DNA of 58,666 bases from Phoronis australis (lineage: Eukaryota; Animalia; Phoronida): positions 1 through 58,666 of the forward strand of contig NMRA01001083.1 of NCBI GenBank assembly GCA_002633005.1, read 5' to 3'. Positions 24,286-38,170 of the stretch are shown one piece after another (position 1 is the first letter of the stretch; every line of letters starts with the position of its first letter). Made by a program: the position numbers and the translations under genes. The notes beneath the pieces were generated by a model that saw only the letters and a program-made list of their open reading frames with translations, made no database searches and had not been told where the DNA came from.

Positions 24286-27042
24286 CGGCACTCACTCTGC
24301 AGAAGAACCACTGACGTAGCTGCATCGTTTCTCACCTCCCTTACAAATAAACGCGACACCTGTCGGCAAGGTAAGATCGACCCATTAAAACAGTAAAGAA
24401 GACTAATTAAATGGGGTGACATTCTCCTTTAAGACTAGACTTGGCAGAGTTTGTAAGAAACCTGCAATCTATGGTTCGTACGATTTCTCTTAATCATTAT
24501 TCATGCTTTGTACGACAATAGATGTCACTGTTGTTGTAGTGATGATGCATAATTGTACATTAAGTAGTTAGTTGTAGCAGTTGGCTGCTGAAGCTGGAAG
24601 AGAATGTTAAGAATATTGGTTTCCGTGGATTCTGCCAGGTGGCACTAAATGTCAGTGTGACACATTAGTGCTATGATCTGTCAAGACGAAAATAAAAGTT
24701 GCGTGGAAATCAAATTGCGAGTTTTATCAGTCTTTGAGGAACATATGATGTGCCAGCCTGAACACAACTCATTACCAGCAATTCCTGCATGAAAGAACAG
24801 TGACTGCGTAGATTTTAATGATGGTGGCAAGTCACCTAGTCATCATGTGATTGCGTGGCCAGTTTCACTGAACCCATACTGTTCCTGCAATGCACGACAG
24901 GTAAAGAAACATTTTTGTTAAATTACATCGTCTGATTGCAACGGGCCTGGTAAGGTAATGCACAAACAGTTAGCATTACTAAAAGAGTCAAACATATTTA
25001 TCAGCAATTTCACAAGGCTATCATATCTAAAGAATCTATTGGCATCACAAAGGCACTGAACAACAAATTGTGCACCTTATGGAAAGTAAAATTCAATCTG
25101 TCACGGGAGCGGGGTGATAGTGTAGTGTACATGTGGTGGACATTTCAAATTAGTTGTTCAGTACATCGCAGCGTCTCCTATGAAAATGCATGTCCACACA
25201 AGTCCTACAAGTCAAACGTGCATTCATCATGAGCATACTGGACTATTTCAAGTGTTCAAGTCAGCCGACTGTTCCAGATAAAATGTGGGAGGTGAGATTG
25301 CTCAGTCCTGCTTCACCACCGCAACTTGTTGGCCGACCCAGAAAATGTCAACCTAAGGTAGTAGTGCTCGATGAGATCGCCATCAACAAGAGCCCTACTG
25401 TTGAAGTGGAAAGGTCGACAACTGTGGAATCATCAGGGCCGCAAGACCAGAGAAAAAGAAAGTACAGAAAATGTGAGAACTGAACAAATAAAAGCCAGTA
25501 AAATCTCATTGAGTAACAACAATGGCCGTCAGAGCGACGAGATCATGGCCAACACAAAACTACAATCTCCCGTAGTGGCGGTGTATTCAGGATGCAGATG
25601 ATGTATTTAGATGAGCAATACAGAACACAGTAAGATTTCAGTGCATTTCATACAACCAGTGTGATTACAGCAGCACTGCACACGAAATACCGGGAAGATC
25701 CTGCAAGCCTTTGCATGGAATGACAGAAGTACATGTCATCAGTTGCAGGGAAACATGACGTGTTACGTTCACATGCAGTGTAATGTTATTGCGAGATATG
25801 CAGCATAGAAGCAGTATGTGAAGTATTTGTCTTGAGGGTGGTTTAGTGATGATAAACAGAAACATCCACTAATACAATGTCTTCATTTATGTATGCGCTG
25901 ATTTTAAAGCTCATTTTGGCCAAACATAAATGTGAACACTGACTACCAACAGGAATTAGCTACAGTTCAGGAACTCTTTTTCAAAAGGAATTGAAACTAA
26001 TATTACTGGTGATGGTCATGAATTGAGAAACACTATGATAGTATTTTCAAAGATTTTTCACTTCTCAATGATTGAAGGAACATTGGCTCAACTATTATGG
26101 TCAAAAAGAATATTTTCCCCATGGTGCTTTTTGATGAATTTGACAGCAGAGATAATCTAAAGCATCCTTTGAAACCAACTGCCTCAAAAATGATTTTTTT
26201 GACAAAGTAACAATATCAAACCTTTTTCTACCTGCAGATGAGATTTTTATACAAGGTGAATTAGACTCATTGGTAAACTTTATCCAGATAAAGACTAGTT
26301 CTGTTCTGGAAAAAATCTCCTAAGAGATATGGTTACAGCCAGGCCCTGTGTGTTGTGGAAAGGAATAAAGTCTCGGAAAAATTTATTTTTGTACAACTTC
26401 AAAACAGTCAGCATGACAGTCTATGACTTTCTTGAACATTTATGTAATTTAAAAGTGTGTGCGACATATTGCGTAATGAAGAGTTGACAAGATGATTCCA
26501 GACCAATAGCCACGTCTTGAACTGCAACAGCGCCCTCTCTCATTATGCAGTATTTAACCACAATGCTGCGCATACGTAAGGTACTTGCCACACAGTTGTA
26601 CACTGTTGCCATGCAAATCACAACTCTGAACTAAAATTAATTTTGCATTAAATATGATGCCCTATACCATTGAATAGTGACTTGTAATAAAGATGAAAAA
26701 AAATTAAAAGCAGCTTGCGCAACTAGTCGTCCTCCATTTGTGACTCGGCTCAGAAGTATGTCAGAGGCCCTACCTTTCGAAAACAAGATCAATCATCCAA
26801 TGCATTTTTACCTCAGTCTACAAAAGATGCGAGTTGAAATCCAAAAGTGAGAATTCATGCTAAGTAGCAAACTTCTTCAAAATAGCATCAGATGCAGTGA
26901 TCAGAACATGCATATCTGACTAAGGCTTAGAGATCAGCCTAATCTTTCTTTACATTTCACAAACTGGTGTAATCATTCTAACTGAAGGTTTGGCTTGTCA
27001 ATGTGGCATGTTTCAAATATTGCACATCAACTTGGTCTCACG

Positions 27043-27216
27043 CTAATCCCATTCTTCTTCAGCCTCATCATCTCGGTTCTCTACAGGGGGAGCCTCCATC
27101 TGGATGTTACTCAGAAGGTCCCTCATGGCTGCCATAAGAGCATTCACACCGGCCTGAAGCTGGTTGCCTTGGTTACCCCCCACAGCGCCCTCTACATCTT
27201 CCCTTAGAGGTTCCTC
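27043..27216 (-). CDS. TCF25: TCF25 (Nulp1/Rqc1 homolog), last coding exon
   Basis: TTTTCTTCAG acceptor; EEPLREDVEGAVGG...GVNALMAAMRDLLSNI.....DDEAEEEWD* resembles the vertebrate TCF25 C-terminus (GLNRLMLAVRDMMANF...EGEWD). Confidence 0.9.
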   Translation of the reverse strand, partial: EEPLREDVEGAVGGNQGNQLQAGVNALMAAMRDLLSNIQMEAPPVENRDDEAEEEWD

Positions 27217-27850
27217 CTGAAGAAAACATTGCATGGTTTAGCTGAAACACATACAGTATACCTTAGCTATTCCACTATGGCATAAACCGTCATTTTGGAT
27301 TTGCTGCAGTTTTTGTCAGTACCAAATTTGAATACATCTGACTTTCCATTCATAATTCACCCTGTCTATTCCCCGTTTTTAGTTAAACCAACATTCATAC
27401 TCTTGAGCATATCATGGCTTTACATTCTATAATATAAACCATCAACTTAGTCAGGTGTTTAAGGGTCACGCATCCAAAATGACCCAAAACACTTGTTGTA
27501 CTAGGTATGATACAGTGCTGTAATGAACCAACCTGCAGGTTAAGTTGATTACATTCAATTGTAAGACTTCTTTACTACCTGTTACACCAAGACAGTGGAA
27601 TTAAAGGACCTCTATGCAAGCTTTTGAGGAATATGGCTTGTGAGGTCTTGTTAAGCACATCTTTGAAGTTGGTACCTATGAACCTTTAAGCAGATAATTT
27701 GTTCTTTTCGTCTTAGTCTCGAAAAAGATGGATTATTCGAGGTATACAATGCAAATGTAAATGTTAAACTACATCTATGCAAATTATACTTTTGAATCAG
27801 AACCAAGCGCTTGCAGTGAATTGCTAGAATAAAACATCAACTAGAAATAC

Positions 27851-27926
27851 CAGCGGAGTGAAATTGGGCAGGAGAGATCGGAAAAACGTTGACATGACGC
27901 TAGAATCTTGCTGTAGTCGAGTTGGC
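27851..27926 (-). CDS. TCF25: TCF25 coding exon
   Basis: AG/GT bounded, phase-compatible; PTRLQQDSSVMSTFFRSLLPNFTPL. Confidence 0.9.
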
Positions 27927-28959
27927 CTAGAAAAAATTAAAATGGGAAGATTAGAAGAAAATCAACAACAGTGGGATTCAAATGCACTCACACAGAACTA
28001 AAAACAGTTCAGGTAATTGGATACTTTCACTACCAAGGGTCACACTTTTGAAAATATACAACTTGACAACCCACGAAATGATATTTCCAAATCCTTGATG
28101 ATTACAGAAGCACACTACACTGTGTACACGATAATACCTTACTGTTTGAAGTCACAGGATAGCATTTTTTCTTACAAAACGTTATTTTCCAAGTTCAGCG
28201 CATGGTAAGTCGCGGCCGCCACATAGGCAACAAATTTCACTCATCACTTAAAATTCCATCCCCAAGATCTATTAGGTACAATCGGATGTCTGGAAGGCAT
28301 TGGAAAGGCCTGTTTAGACCAAAAACCCATTGTCGAAAATCAAGACCTCGGACATCTTGCTTTTTCAATGAAATGATCAAGGTTACCAAAAGGCAGTGAA
28401 AGAGTTAATAAACTGAGCTGAATACACAAACACATTTTTATGAGCACACTCAAAATGATTTGGGGTTTACCCAAGCCAGACAAGATGAACTCATGTCATG
28501 CAAGGCCTAAACTTGACAAGACCGTAAACTCTTTTACAAGACTATCTGAAACCTTGCACATTTTTTTCTTATCCATTGTTCAATCCCATAATTTGAAATA
28601 ATAACATGTTGAAGGTGGAAGGGAGTGTTACAATAGGTAAAGTTACATGCGCACAAACACATACTGGAAAGGAACCAATTGGAAGAGATGCAGTTCAGTA
28701 CCAGCCAGAGAACACTAATGTCCTGGTCATGATCATCTTCCAAGTTAACATACCCTTGCAGAAAAATCCCCAATCAAGAACACAATATGGCGCACAAGTG
28801 AAATTTTACTTTTTCATCTTTTCATGATAGATAAGCAGCACCAATTAATTGCTTTTACCCTTTTAAAGTTCAACGCCATACTATCAGACAATGTTTTAAG
28901 AAATTGCGAAAATTAGCAATAAAGTCAGAGACTTTTGAAAATTGAAAAACGACAAATCT

Positions 28960-29160
28960 CATGACAGCATTTTCCCGTTCAGTAACTTTACCAGACGAAG
29001 GGGGTTCTGAGCGTGTGATAACATCTAGCTTCTTTGTTAACTGTCAAGCAAAGTCTTTTGTCTGTTATGACAACAGGCAGGCCAATTATCTACCAGGCTT
29101 ATTACAGACCATGTGTGAACACCGTCAAACCCAGAGCGAATTGGTACATTCGGAAAGAAT
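28960..29160 (+). repeat. Dispersed repeat; inverted diverged copy at ~22060-22260
   Basis: AGTCTTTTGTCTG.TATGACAACA.GCA..CAATTATCTACCAGGCTT here is the reverse complement of 22100-22150. Confidence 0.6.
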
Positions 29161-29623
29161 AGATTATCATAATTTCGGTTGCATTTGGGCAATTTTGGCA
29201 ATTCAAAAACTAAACATGACCACCATTAGACGAGCATTTCAAAAATGCTCTTGGTTTACTTTCAAATATGTTATAACTTAACTTTTATTTTTAACAGAAC
29301 AGCCCAGTCAGGCTAAATACCATCTGTTTGAAGATTATAGCAATTATCGAACATGAGAGAGCTAGCCCTCCAAACATGAATGCCAGAATGGAGTTAATCA
29401 ATCGTGTGAGATATTGGCTACAGGGGTAAACTTCCCTACTTGTTGTTGGGCTATAGAATCGAACAAGTTGGGAGCAACGGGAAAACGCCGTAATGTTGGC
29501 AATTTTTTAACAAAAATTGGCGTGATTTTACTTGTAACTCTTTTGCTGCTGTAGTTCACGACAAAAATAAACCCGTGACTCTACTGAATGCTCTCTAACA
29601 ATTTCTACAGTAAGCCGTATTAC

Positions 29624-29703
29624 CTTGCAGGTCTTGTGTATGTCTGTATACTGTCCTTTGGAGGTAGAGGATCATAGCTCAGCACTGGCGTGTTAGACAA
29701 CTC
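29624..29703 (-). CDS. TCF25: TCF25 coding exon
   Basis: AG/GT bounded; ELSNTPVLSYDPLPPKDSIQTYTRPAR (conserved DPLPP). Confidence 0.9.
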
Positions 29704-30264
29704 CTAAAGAAGTGAAACCTCACTCAGCTATTGCATTTCATTAAACGGCCTCCTCTCAATTTTCAAAATGTTCATATTTTAAAGCCCACACTCCACTATG
29801 TGCCCTGTCCCAATTTAGAGAATTACTACTTTCAAGCTTTTCATAACGAGTCCAACATTGATTGCCCAAGTAAATGAAAAATGCACAACAAGTACCCAAT
29901 GATATTTGTCAAACTGAAACTAGCAACCAATAACATTCGTCAAAAGAGTTTCCAACCAATACATTGATGTTCCAAACGCAGATTCAACGAGTTCCACAAT
30001 TTTGTGCACACAGACTACTTACAAATGCCTAAAGAACACACTTTTGAACAGTTATTAGTAATTTCTTATTTTTATGGAATAATTCCAAAATTTGGGGATA
30101 GCGCGATGATGCACCACTTAATATTGTCTTTATCTGAGAATAGTTTAAAGTATATTTTGCCTCAAACGTGCACCATGAGCATATAATTAGAACGTGTTCG
30201 TAGACACCAACTATTTGGCTGACCTCATGAGTCATGATTAGAAAATTATAGAATAAAAAACTAA

Positions 30265-33091
30265 AACAAGAGCAACGCGGAGCGTTAAAATGTACCCAAA
30301 GATGCATCGCAAATGGTGTGCTTTTAAGGTTATTTATTTGTATCATAAAAATGGCCACTAGATGGTGCAAAAACATACAATCCATCCAAAAAACGGGAAC
30401 ATGCCATATTTCATAAAACCTGTCAAGGAACTTCAGAGAAACAATGGAAAACAGAATAAAATGAAATTGTCACTGGTGGGCACAGAATCCGTTGGATCCG
30501 CCTGAAAGTCGTCGTCGTCTGTTGTTATCTTAATACAGCTATGGGAGCAAAACAAAACTACCACTAGGAGGCGCCACAGCAGTCAGTCGCCATCATCAAA
30601 CATCCTCTTCACACTGAGAACATTTCAATTTTCAAAACCATCCCTAGAAGAATTTGGTCTGCAGAGGGGTGGACACCAAAATCAGGGTTTGAAAACAGCA
30701 AAAATGGCAACTAGGTGGTGCAAAATACCTTGATTCCATCCAAAAACAGGAGAAAAGCACCATCTCTTCAATAGATGCCTATATTCAAAATTTAATGAAA
30801 ATCTGTTGAGGAACTTTGAAGATATAGAGGTAAACGTAAAAAAAACTAAAATTGCCACTAGGTGGCACACCACTAGTCAGATCCGTCTGAGAGTCATCGT
30901 TGTCCGTTGTCAACATCATATAAATGCACTTGCTAAATTAACCCTTATCCTGCTAAGCCTCTATTCAGACAACTTTCCCTGTGCACTGAGCTAAGTAGGT
31001 CACCACTGCTGCGCGCACTGGGCTGTTATGAAGGTCACTCAGATTAATGACCTAACATTTTTAGATTGGAAATTTGAAGGGGTAATATCAACTTTACATA
31101 AAAGTGGTCTGCACAAAAGTTGTTCAGAATTCAATGGAGATTTTCACGATATGCATATCTTTACCATAGCCTTGGTGTAAATAATTCTATAAACTTTCAA
31201 ACTGGACACACTTTGTTTTTATCTGTTTTCGCACATGAGAACAGAGCTGACTCTCAAAAAACCGTAATAAGCATTTTTAAAAGGCAACCCATGAGAATTG
31301 CGTTTAGTAAAGCAGATTTATTGTCTGTAACATCACATCTACAAACAAGAATGTACAGTATATAACATACCTCAACTTTGCACGATTACAAATTCATGAC
31401 CGGTGCAGTTGCTTGCTAAAGTCTGTTTTGAAGTTCACCTTGGTGTGCAAAAACTTGAAACACGGGTGGAGACACAAAGCTATTCTGTGCAAAAGTCACA
31501 AAAAATATCTAATTCTGAATGAGTTCCATCATGTTTCAGAAGCCCTGTATTATACCTGAAGGGCGTGAGCCAAGCATCGTCGTAGGACACTCCAAGTTCA
31601 GCTTCAGGGACCGGTAAATCATCCAAAAATTGCACTGAGATCCGAAACTATAGAATCTGCATTACTTGTGACTGTTGTGTTAGTTTTCCTGTCAATGTCA
31701 CCGTCACTTTTGAGTGCAAATTCCAGCTCGTTTTCACTATCTGAGCCCATGAACACTTCCTCAAGAACACTAGTCAGCAGTCACTTTACCACGTTGGCAC
31801 TAGCCAAGATAAAACTTGCGTAAACTTTCAAATATCTCCGAAACAGATAATCACAGCCATATGTTGTAAATCAGAAAAGTGTACAGGAAACTATGAACTG
31901 TGGAATGCGCATGCTCACATATATAAACAGCATACGGGGCTTTCACAATTTCTGAATGAAAAACACCAGTGTCCTGGGGTGAGTACACTCTCCTTGCGTA
32001 GCCTAGCCGTAGCTTATTTTAGGCGATTGAGTACACCCGACGCATTTTAATAGGATAATAGGCTTGTCGGCTGACCTCGCCTAGCGCAGGATAAGGGTTA
32101 AGTAACGATCCTGCAAACGGTTTAGGAAATACAGCCATGAGCGGAAAAAAACTGCCAACAGGAGGCGCTACAGTAGTTAAGTCGTCAGAAAATCATCTTC
32201 AGCCGTCCACTTCATAGTTAAAACATACATGCCAATTTTCCCAATTATCCTGAAAGCGGTTTAGTTGATCGAGGGGTGGACGCCAAAAAACAGACTCGAA
32301 AACAGTAAATATGGCCACTAGGTGGCGCATACTAAGTCAAATCCATCTGAAAATGGGGAGATAGCATCACCTCATTAACAGATGCCTGTATGCCAAATTT
32401 TATGAAAATAAGTCAAGGACCTTTAAAGATAGAGGTAAACGTAAAAAATAAAAATTGCTACTAGGTGGCACATCTGTCCAAAAGTCGCCGTCCTGCGTTA
32501 TTAACATCATATAAATACACTTACTAAATTTAGTAAAGATCCTGCAAACGGTTTAGGAGATACAGCCATGGGCGCAAAAAAAACAAAATTGCCTCTAGGA
32601 GGTGCCAAAGTAGTTGAAGTCATGGGAAAACCATCGTCAGCCGTCCACTTCATAGCACGAACATACATGATAATGTTCGCAATCATCCTTTGAGCGGTTT
32701 GGTTGATGGAGGGACGGAAGCCAAATAACTAACTCAAAAACAGTAAAAATGGCCACTAGGTGGCGCAAAATACCTCGAATCCATCCGAAAACGAAAAGAT
32801 AACGTCACCTCATTAATAAATGACTATGAGCCAAATTTCAAGAAAATCGGTTGAGGACCTTTGAAGATAGACGCAAACGTAAAAAAACTAAAATTGCCAC
32901 TAGGAGGCACAGCGGTATTTGGGTCGGTCTGAAACTCGTCATCTTCTGCCGTCAACCCCATAGGAACACACCTGCCAAATTTCAATAAGATCCTGCAAGG
33001 GGTTTAGGAGATACAGCCGCGGACGCCGGACTCCCGGATGCCCAGACAGAGATGACGGCAATATGCACCCACATATGTGGGTGCATAAAAA
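30265..33091 (+). mobile_element. Helentron-associated non-autonomous element, family A (hosts nested piggyBac)
   Basis: 5' AACAAGAGCAACGCGGAGCG; ~140-160 bp core repeats with GCCACTAGGTGGC; 3' hairpin ATGCACCCACATATGTGGGTGCAT followed by an A-run. Confidence 0.8.
30942..32097 (-). mobile_element. Internally deleted piggyBac transposon
   Basis: TTAA TSDs (30938-41, 32098-101); 12-bp TIRs CCCTTATCCTGC/GCAGGATAAGGG; minus-strand remnants of the acidic N-terminus (VFMGSDSENELEF..DGDID) and C-terminal Cys-rich domain (CDFC..ALCLHPCFKFLHT). Confidence 0.9.
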
Positions 33092-33941
33092 TAATATCAG
33101 AGACCTTCACGTCAACGTGCTGCAGCTGAGACTTGTCAGTAGGTGAAGCTCTACTGGTGCATACTGATGGTAATTAGAAATACTGTTAACATCAGTTTGT
33201 CTTTCAGTAAGGTGAAAGTACAAAGCACAGATCAAGATGCAAACACATGTATAAGGCTAATGGATCGTTCATAAATTGCCTGGAGAATTTGTACCGCCAC
33301 TACCTAAAGACTGGGTTGCTGCTAGAGGGATCCTCTGCGGGATTGCTGTTGGGATGTTGTCAGTAGTCATTAAAGAATTACAAAGGCAGGCCGCTGTTCA
33401 CAGTAGGGCGTATATTTTTGCAGTAAATCGTGGATCATAAAGACAGATTTATGGACTGTTTTAAACAATTGTTCTCTAGCATTCAATGATTACATAAATG
33501 TAGCTTCCTGTCATAAGTGGAAGTGACCACCCCCGACTACTGAAAAATGGCAATAATTGCCACCATCATTAACTTTCATACATAATTATTTTCACAATCA
33601 TATATTTGCAACTCAGGTTAAAACCACTGTTAAAATACTGTATCAATAAGAAAATATCAGGATTGGATCATTTGGGGATGTAGCCCAAGGCCTACATACG
33701 AAGAAATTTCATATTGCGTCACTTCTATCTATTGGAAGTTTATTCATTTTTCACTGAGCACTGCTCACTTAAATAACAAAGTTAACACATTATGTCTTTT
33801 TCTTAAAGCTAAATTCGATTTTCCAACCGCAGAGTACCATAATTGACACTGCACTTAGAGATAAGTGTTTTTACCTATCAGTACCATACACATCATAACA
33901 AATCAATACCTAAGTAGGTCAACAGTTATTTATTTACTTAC

Positions 33942-34032
33942 AGGAGGGAGGGCAGCCGTTGCATCTTTTACCTCGGAGAGCAAGATGTGACGAAATATGT
34001 TGCGAGGTGTTCCCTGGTAACGCACTTGGCAT
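33942..34032 (-). CDS. TCF25: TCF25 coding exon
   Basis: AG/GTAAGT bounded; CQVRYQGTPRNIFRHILLSEVKDATAALPP. Confidence 0.92.
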
Positions 34033-34787
34033 CTGTCACGGGACATTAAATAATGATTTAAACTCTGCATGCTATTAAAAATGCAGGATAATATACTAAT
34101 CCAAGGTAGACAGTCATGGTCCTCTCACAAACCTCCAGCATAACTCACAGATTTTGGTCATGGATACTTTTTCCTGTACAATGATTATTTTCCATGAACA
34201 TATTTCCTATCTCCTGAAGCCTAGTTAGAGACTAGCTGTAGTGTCTTCATGGTTATAATACATTGCACGCAGCATGTGTTTACTCATACATCTCATCAAG
34301 TTTGAATAAAACTGATTCAAGAGAAAAGAAATCTGTTGGTAAGAAGGGATTGGGGTGCATGAGAAAGGAAACAGTTCATGAGAATAAGCGCTGCCACAGA
34401 AAACAACACTATTAACAAAAATGCCTTGACAGTTTGTGAGGTAGGAATACCATTTTAGCAAGTTGTAATCTGCATTTCAAATCAACAATAACTGGCATCT
34501 AATATTTCACTTCCTACTACATGACACATTAATTTCTAATCACTAATCCCAAAAGATTTTAAGTGCAGAAGGTCGTATCTTAATTTTTCATTGGCATACA
34601 ATTTATTAACGTGAAGGTTGGTACTCAACCCGAACTGAACCTGCATCACGTTTACATCAGTAGCAACCATTTTACTCATACAAAAATGCAGCGTGCGACG
34701 TCCTCGTAAGACAGCCAACTTAGCTACAACCAGACTTACGAATTTTAATAAAGCCTGACCCAGAAGAAGAGGAGCTGACTGACTTAC

Positions 34788-34946
34788 TTTGCAGCATACT
34801 CTTCAGATAGTTTATCTCCCTTATCCACCCTGTCCACCACTTGTCGCACATTCTTCTCCAACCACGAAACAACCCCAGGTTCCTTCCAAACTGAGTGACA
34901 CCGGCCCACATACAGAGCTATCAACTGCCTCACTGCACTGGGTTGC
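34788..34946 (-). CDS. TCF25: TCF25 coding exon (most 5' exon found in window)
   Basis: AG/GTAAGT bounded; QPSAVRQLIALYVGRCHSVWKEPGVVSWLEKNVRQVVDRVD. Confidence 0.92.
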
Positions 34947-35385
34947 CTATAATAAACAGAACAAATTGCACAGACATAAGACGACTGGTGCTCATTTTTT
35001 CAAACAATTCCAAGCACTTAAGGGTGAGGTGAAAATTGAGTCCATGAGGTGCTAGTAAAGTGAGCAGTAGACAGTGGAAATAGTTCAGAAATCATGTTTC
35101 TGTCAAATGAAGCACCTCTGTTCAATATCATAATGATCCTTCAAACCACTGGGCAGAAAGAACGGCAGATGCCAAGATCCCAAAATCCCAAAATTTCCTG
35201 TACGGGAAGCACAACATGCTTGAACTTCTGCGAAAATTGGAAGAACTGTTATCGTCTTTTTATACAAATCAATTTTCAAATGACATAACTTTCACCAAGA
35301 ATCAAAGAATTTGGTAATTTTAAGCAAGCAAATGCAAAAAGCAAAATAGTCAAAAGGAGGCACATCAGTATTCGGATTTGTATGA

Positions 35386-35631
35386 AAGTCAATGGGATCA
35401 GTGCTCTCAACAGCAAGACAATCATCAAGTCAATGTGAACAGTGCTCTCAACAGTAACACAATCATCAAGTCAATGTGAACAGTGCTCTCAACAGCAAGA
35501 CAATCATCAAGTCAATGTGAACAGTGCTCTCAACAGTAAGACAATCATCAAGTCAATGTGATCAGTGCTCTCAACAGTAACACAATCATCAAGTCAATGT
35601 GAACAGTGCTCTCAACAGTAACACAATCATC
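35386..35631 (+). repeat. 41-bp minisatellite, ~6 copies
   Basis: CAGTGCTCTCAACAGYAASACAATCATCAAGTCAATGTGAW repeated near-identically. Confidence 0.95.
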
Positions 35632-36788
35632 CATGATGAGCATTCAAAGAATTTTGAGATATTGAGTCAGGACAAACAATAAATCAGCTGCAGGGTGTAT
35701 ACCATTAGTTGGCCAGATTCCTCAGAAACAAAACATCTTACTCTCCTTACTAGAAACAAGGCGATCCTTCACCGAACTCGGCAAATATTCAGGTCGGCAA
35801 AAAAGATAGAACTACCACACATGGATCCATCCGAAATACTGCTGTTAAAAGAACAAATTCCATAAATTCATCACGAACCTTGACTGAACTTGGTAAATAC
35901 TGAGGCAGTGAAAAAAATAAGCCTCATCGACATCAGCAGGTTTATGATGGGACATTCCTCAATGTTGTGTTGTCATTGATTTGCAGGGAATTGAAAACAA
36001 AAGGAAGCTGTATTTCAACAAAAGACAAAAAGAAATTCCCACATACTCCAAAGTCAAACTAGCTCATTTTGAAACTAAACTCCAATTAATGTTTAATTTA
36101 TTCATTCAGAAGACAAATCGACATGACCTCACTGAAGCAATACAAACCAACAAAAGCAGGTAAGATAAAGTTACCTCAAATTAGGACACAATATGACATG
36201 TTTGAAAAATGAAGAAATGACATCATTGCCCATGTTTTTTTTTCAAATTTGAAGAACTTCATCTCTTTAGCCATTTTTTTCAAACTCTAACTAAATCTAG
36301 GCAGCTATGCCACCAACAATCAAAAAGGTTCAATAATAAAATCAGTTCTGAACTGTATGCCTTTGGTCAGTAGTCGACCCTATTACATTCAACAAAACAG
36401 TACAGAGTCCATATGTAACCAATGGTTAATTGCCTATTAAGTCAATCAATACTAGCCAAAATAAGTACTGGTGCAACAAAACATCTAAGCATTATGATTA
36501 CAGTCTCAATTTATGTTGTTATTTATCATCTACTACTGCTTCAAACTGATCGTATAGTTCGTAGCTTACAACTTTAAAAGATGCAATTTCAGGTTTGTAT
36601 AATTCATTTCATAATTTTGTACTGGCCACACAGATACAATACCTATGAAAAGATACCAATAACTACATGAAGCCATTGTCGGGTTGGATGTACTGGTAAT
36701 TCAAATTTGTAACAGCCTTCCATTACTGAAGTGGTTTCACAAAAATAAACACTGTTAGATTTATCAGGATGCTCTGTCTTTGTTGCAG

Positions 36789-36834
36789 GTCTTCACAATT
36801 TTGGTAACTTGGATTCTTCTGATTGCCAATATAG
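36789..36834 (+). CDS. Cys-rich gene A, putative signal-peptide exon
   Basis: CTGTCTTTGTTGCAG acceptor and G|GTAAGT donor; VFTILVTWILLIANI splices in phase 1 to VSA-IQYC. Start exon not located. Confidence 0.5.
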
Positions 36835-37000
36835 GTAAGTACCATCCTCCTTACATAACCCATACCAGAGATATAAACGTGCAATTTCTGTGTGCTGATT
36901 ATCTTATGCACAGAATGTGTTTTTGGGCAACAACGAACGGTTAGTTCCTCTCAACCACAGAAAACGCTTCCCATCTGAGTTAGGAACAAGTAAAGACCAC

Positions 37001-37244
37001 GGGCCTGTTCTAAGAAACAGACCAAGTTCATTTTTGACTTAAGTTTAAGATTTGTTTTAACTTCCAAACTTTGAAATTTCCATATTCGGTAAGTTAGACA
37101 AATTTAAGATAAAACTAATGTCAAACACTCAAGTCAAACTTAAGATCTCTTTCTTGAATTGGCTTTGAGATAAATTTAACTTTTATTTAAAATTTACTAA
37201 AATTTAAGATTTGTCTTAGCTAAGTATTTTTTTGGAACAGGCCC
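37001..37244. mobile_element. MITE, PIF/Harbinger-like
   Basis: TIRs GGGCCTGTTC...GAACAGGCCC, AT-rich interior with TTAAG repeats, CAC/CAG flanks. Confidence 0.6.
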
Positions 37245-38014
37245 CAGGGCTACCTTCCATGAACCTAAGGTTATGTAGAAAAATATCCATACTTGCCTAA
37301 CTTCAGAACACCAAAATGACATCAGGAATTGTTTTGAAAATGTTCCACTAATGCACGAGGGGCTATCAAAAATAAAACTGTTGTCATTTTTGTGACAAAC
37401 CTTGAATAAAATGAGAACGAAATAGCACCGAACAACTGTTCTCTAAATTTTGATTTTTTGATTCTATACCGTACATGACATACTCCTCCACTCAAGGTTC
37501 ACAGCATTCTTTGGGGGTATTTAAAAGATGACTCTGATGAGGGATTTTTGCCCACTTGTGTTGATCAGGCTCATTAGCAATAAGGAGATATCAATAGACA
37601 CATGTCAACAAATGAACAGCACATTATTTATTCTTCTTCACCAATTAAGTTCTATTGTTAATGCCCAACTTAATTCTTATTATCTAAAATGGCCAGAAGA
37701 ACGTTGTCACAACAGGCAGTGGTTATCACTGACACCCAGCTCTGTTCCCTAATCCCCAAATAAAGAAGCCAGTCATAAAAGTTCAGGCCTTGTGTTAAGT
37801 GCCTATTGAAATTTAAACCAGTAAGAGGCATTCCTAGTTGTTAGTTAGGAAATGTGATGTAGCGCCTAATGTAAAAATCATCAGAAATTGTTTCAAGAAA
37901 TTTTGAGGCATTCACAACTACTTAAATGCGTTTGAAAATGAATAAGGTAAAATCAAGTAAATCATTTTTGTGTGAAACTGGTGAGACTTTATAATAAGTG
38001 GTTGTCCATATTAG

Positions 38015-38170
38015 TTTCAGCCATCCAGTACTGCCAGACAGATGAAGCTTGTCTCAACCTGGGTAGTCTGAAGTGTATCAAAAGCTACTGTGAATGGGGT
38101 CTCTGCAGCTGCCCCAGGGGCAGGGTAGCCAGGTACATGGGCTCAGAGAAACTCTTCAAGTGTGTGCCAC
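38015..38170 (+). CDS. Cys-rich EB/EGF-like module protein, gene A exon
   Basis: IQYCQTDEACLNLGSLKCIKSYCEWGLCSCPRGRVARYMGSEKLFKCVP; GTAAGT donor; paralogous to 56799-56951. Confidence 0.85.

Noticed and set aside
25230-25483. MSILDYFK...GRPRK short ORF resembling a transposase N-terminus with an AT-hook
   Set aside because: No downstream HTH or DDE domain and no TIRs were recognised; too weak to call.
35386-35631. 41-bp repeat array as a CRISPR candidate
   Set aside because: Units are contiguous with no unique spacers, there are no cas genes, and the context is a eukaryotic intron; it is a minisatellite.
36124-36159. ATG-containing exon candidate as start of Cys-rich gene A
   Set aside because: Ends in phase 1, incompatible with the phase 0 acceptor of the signal exon.
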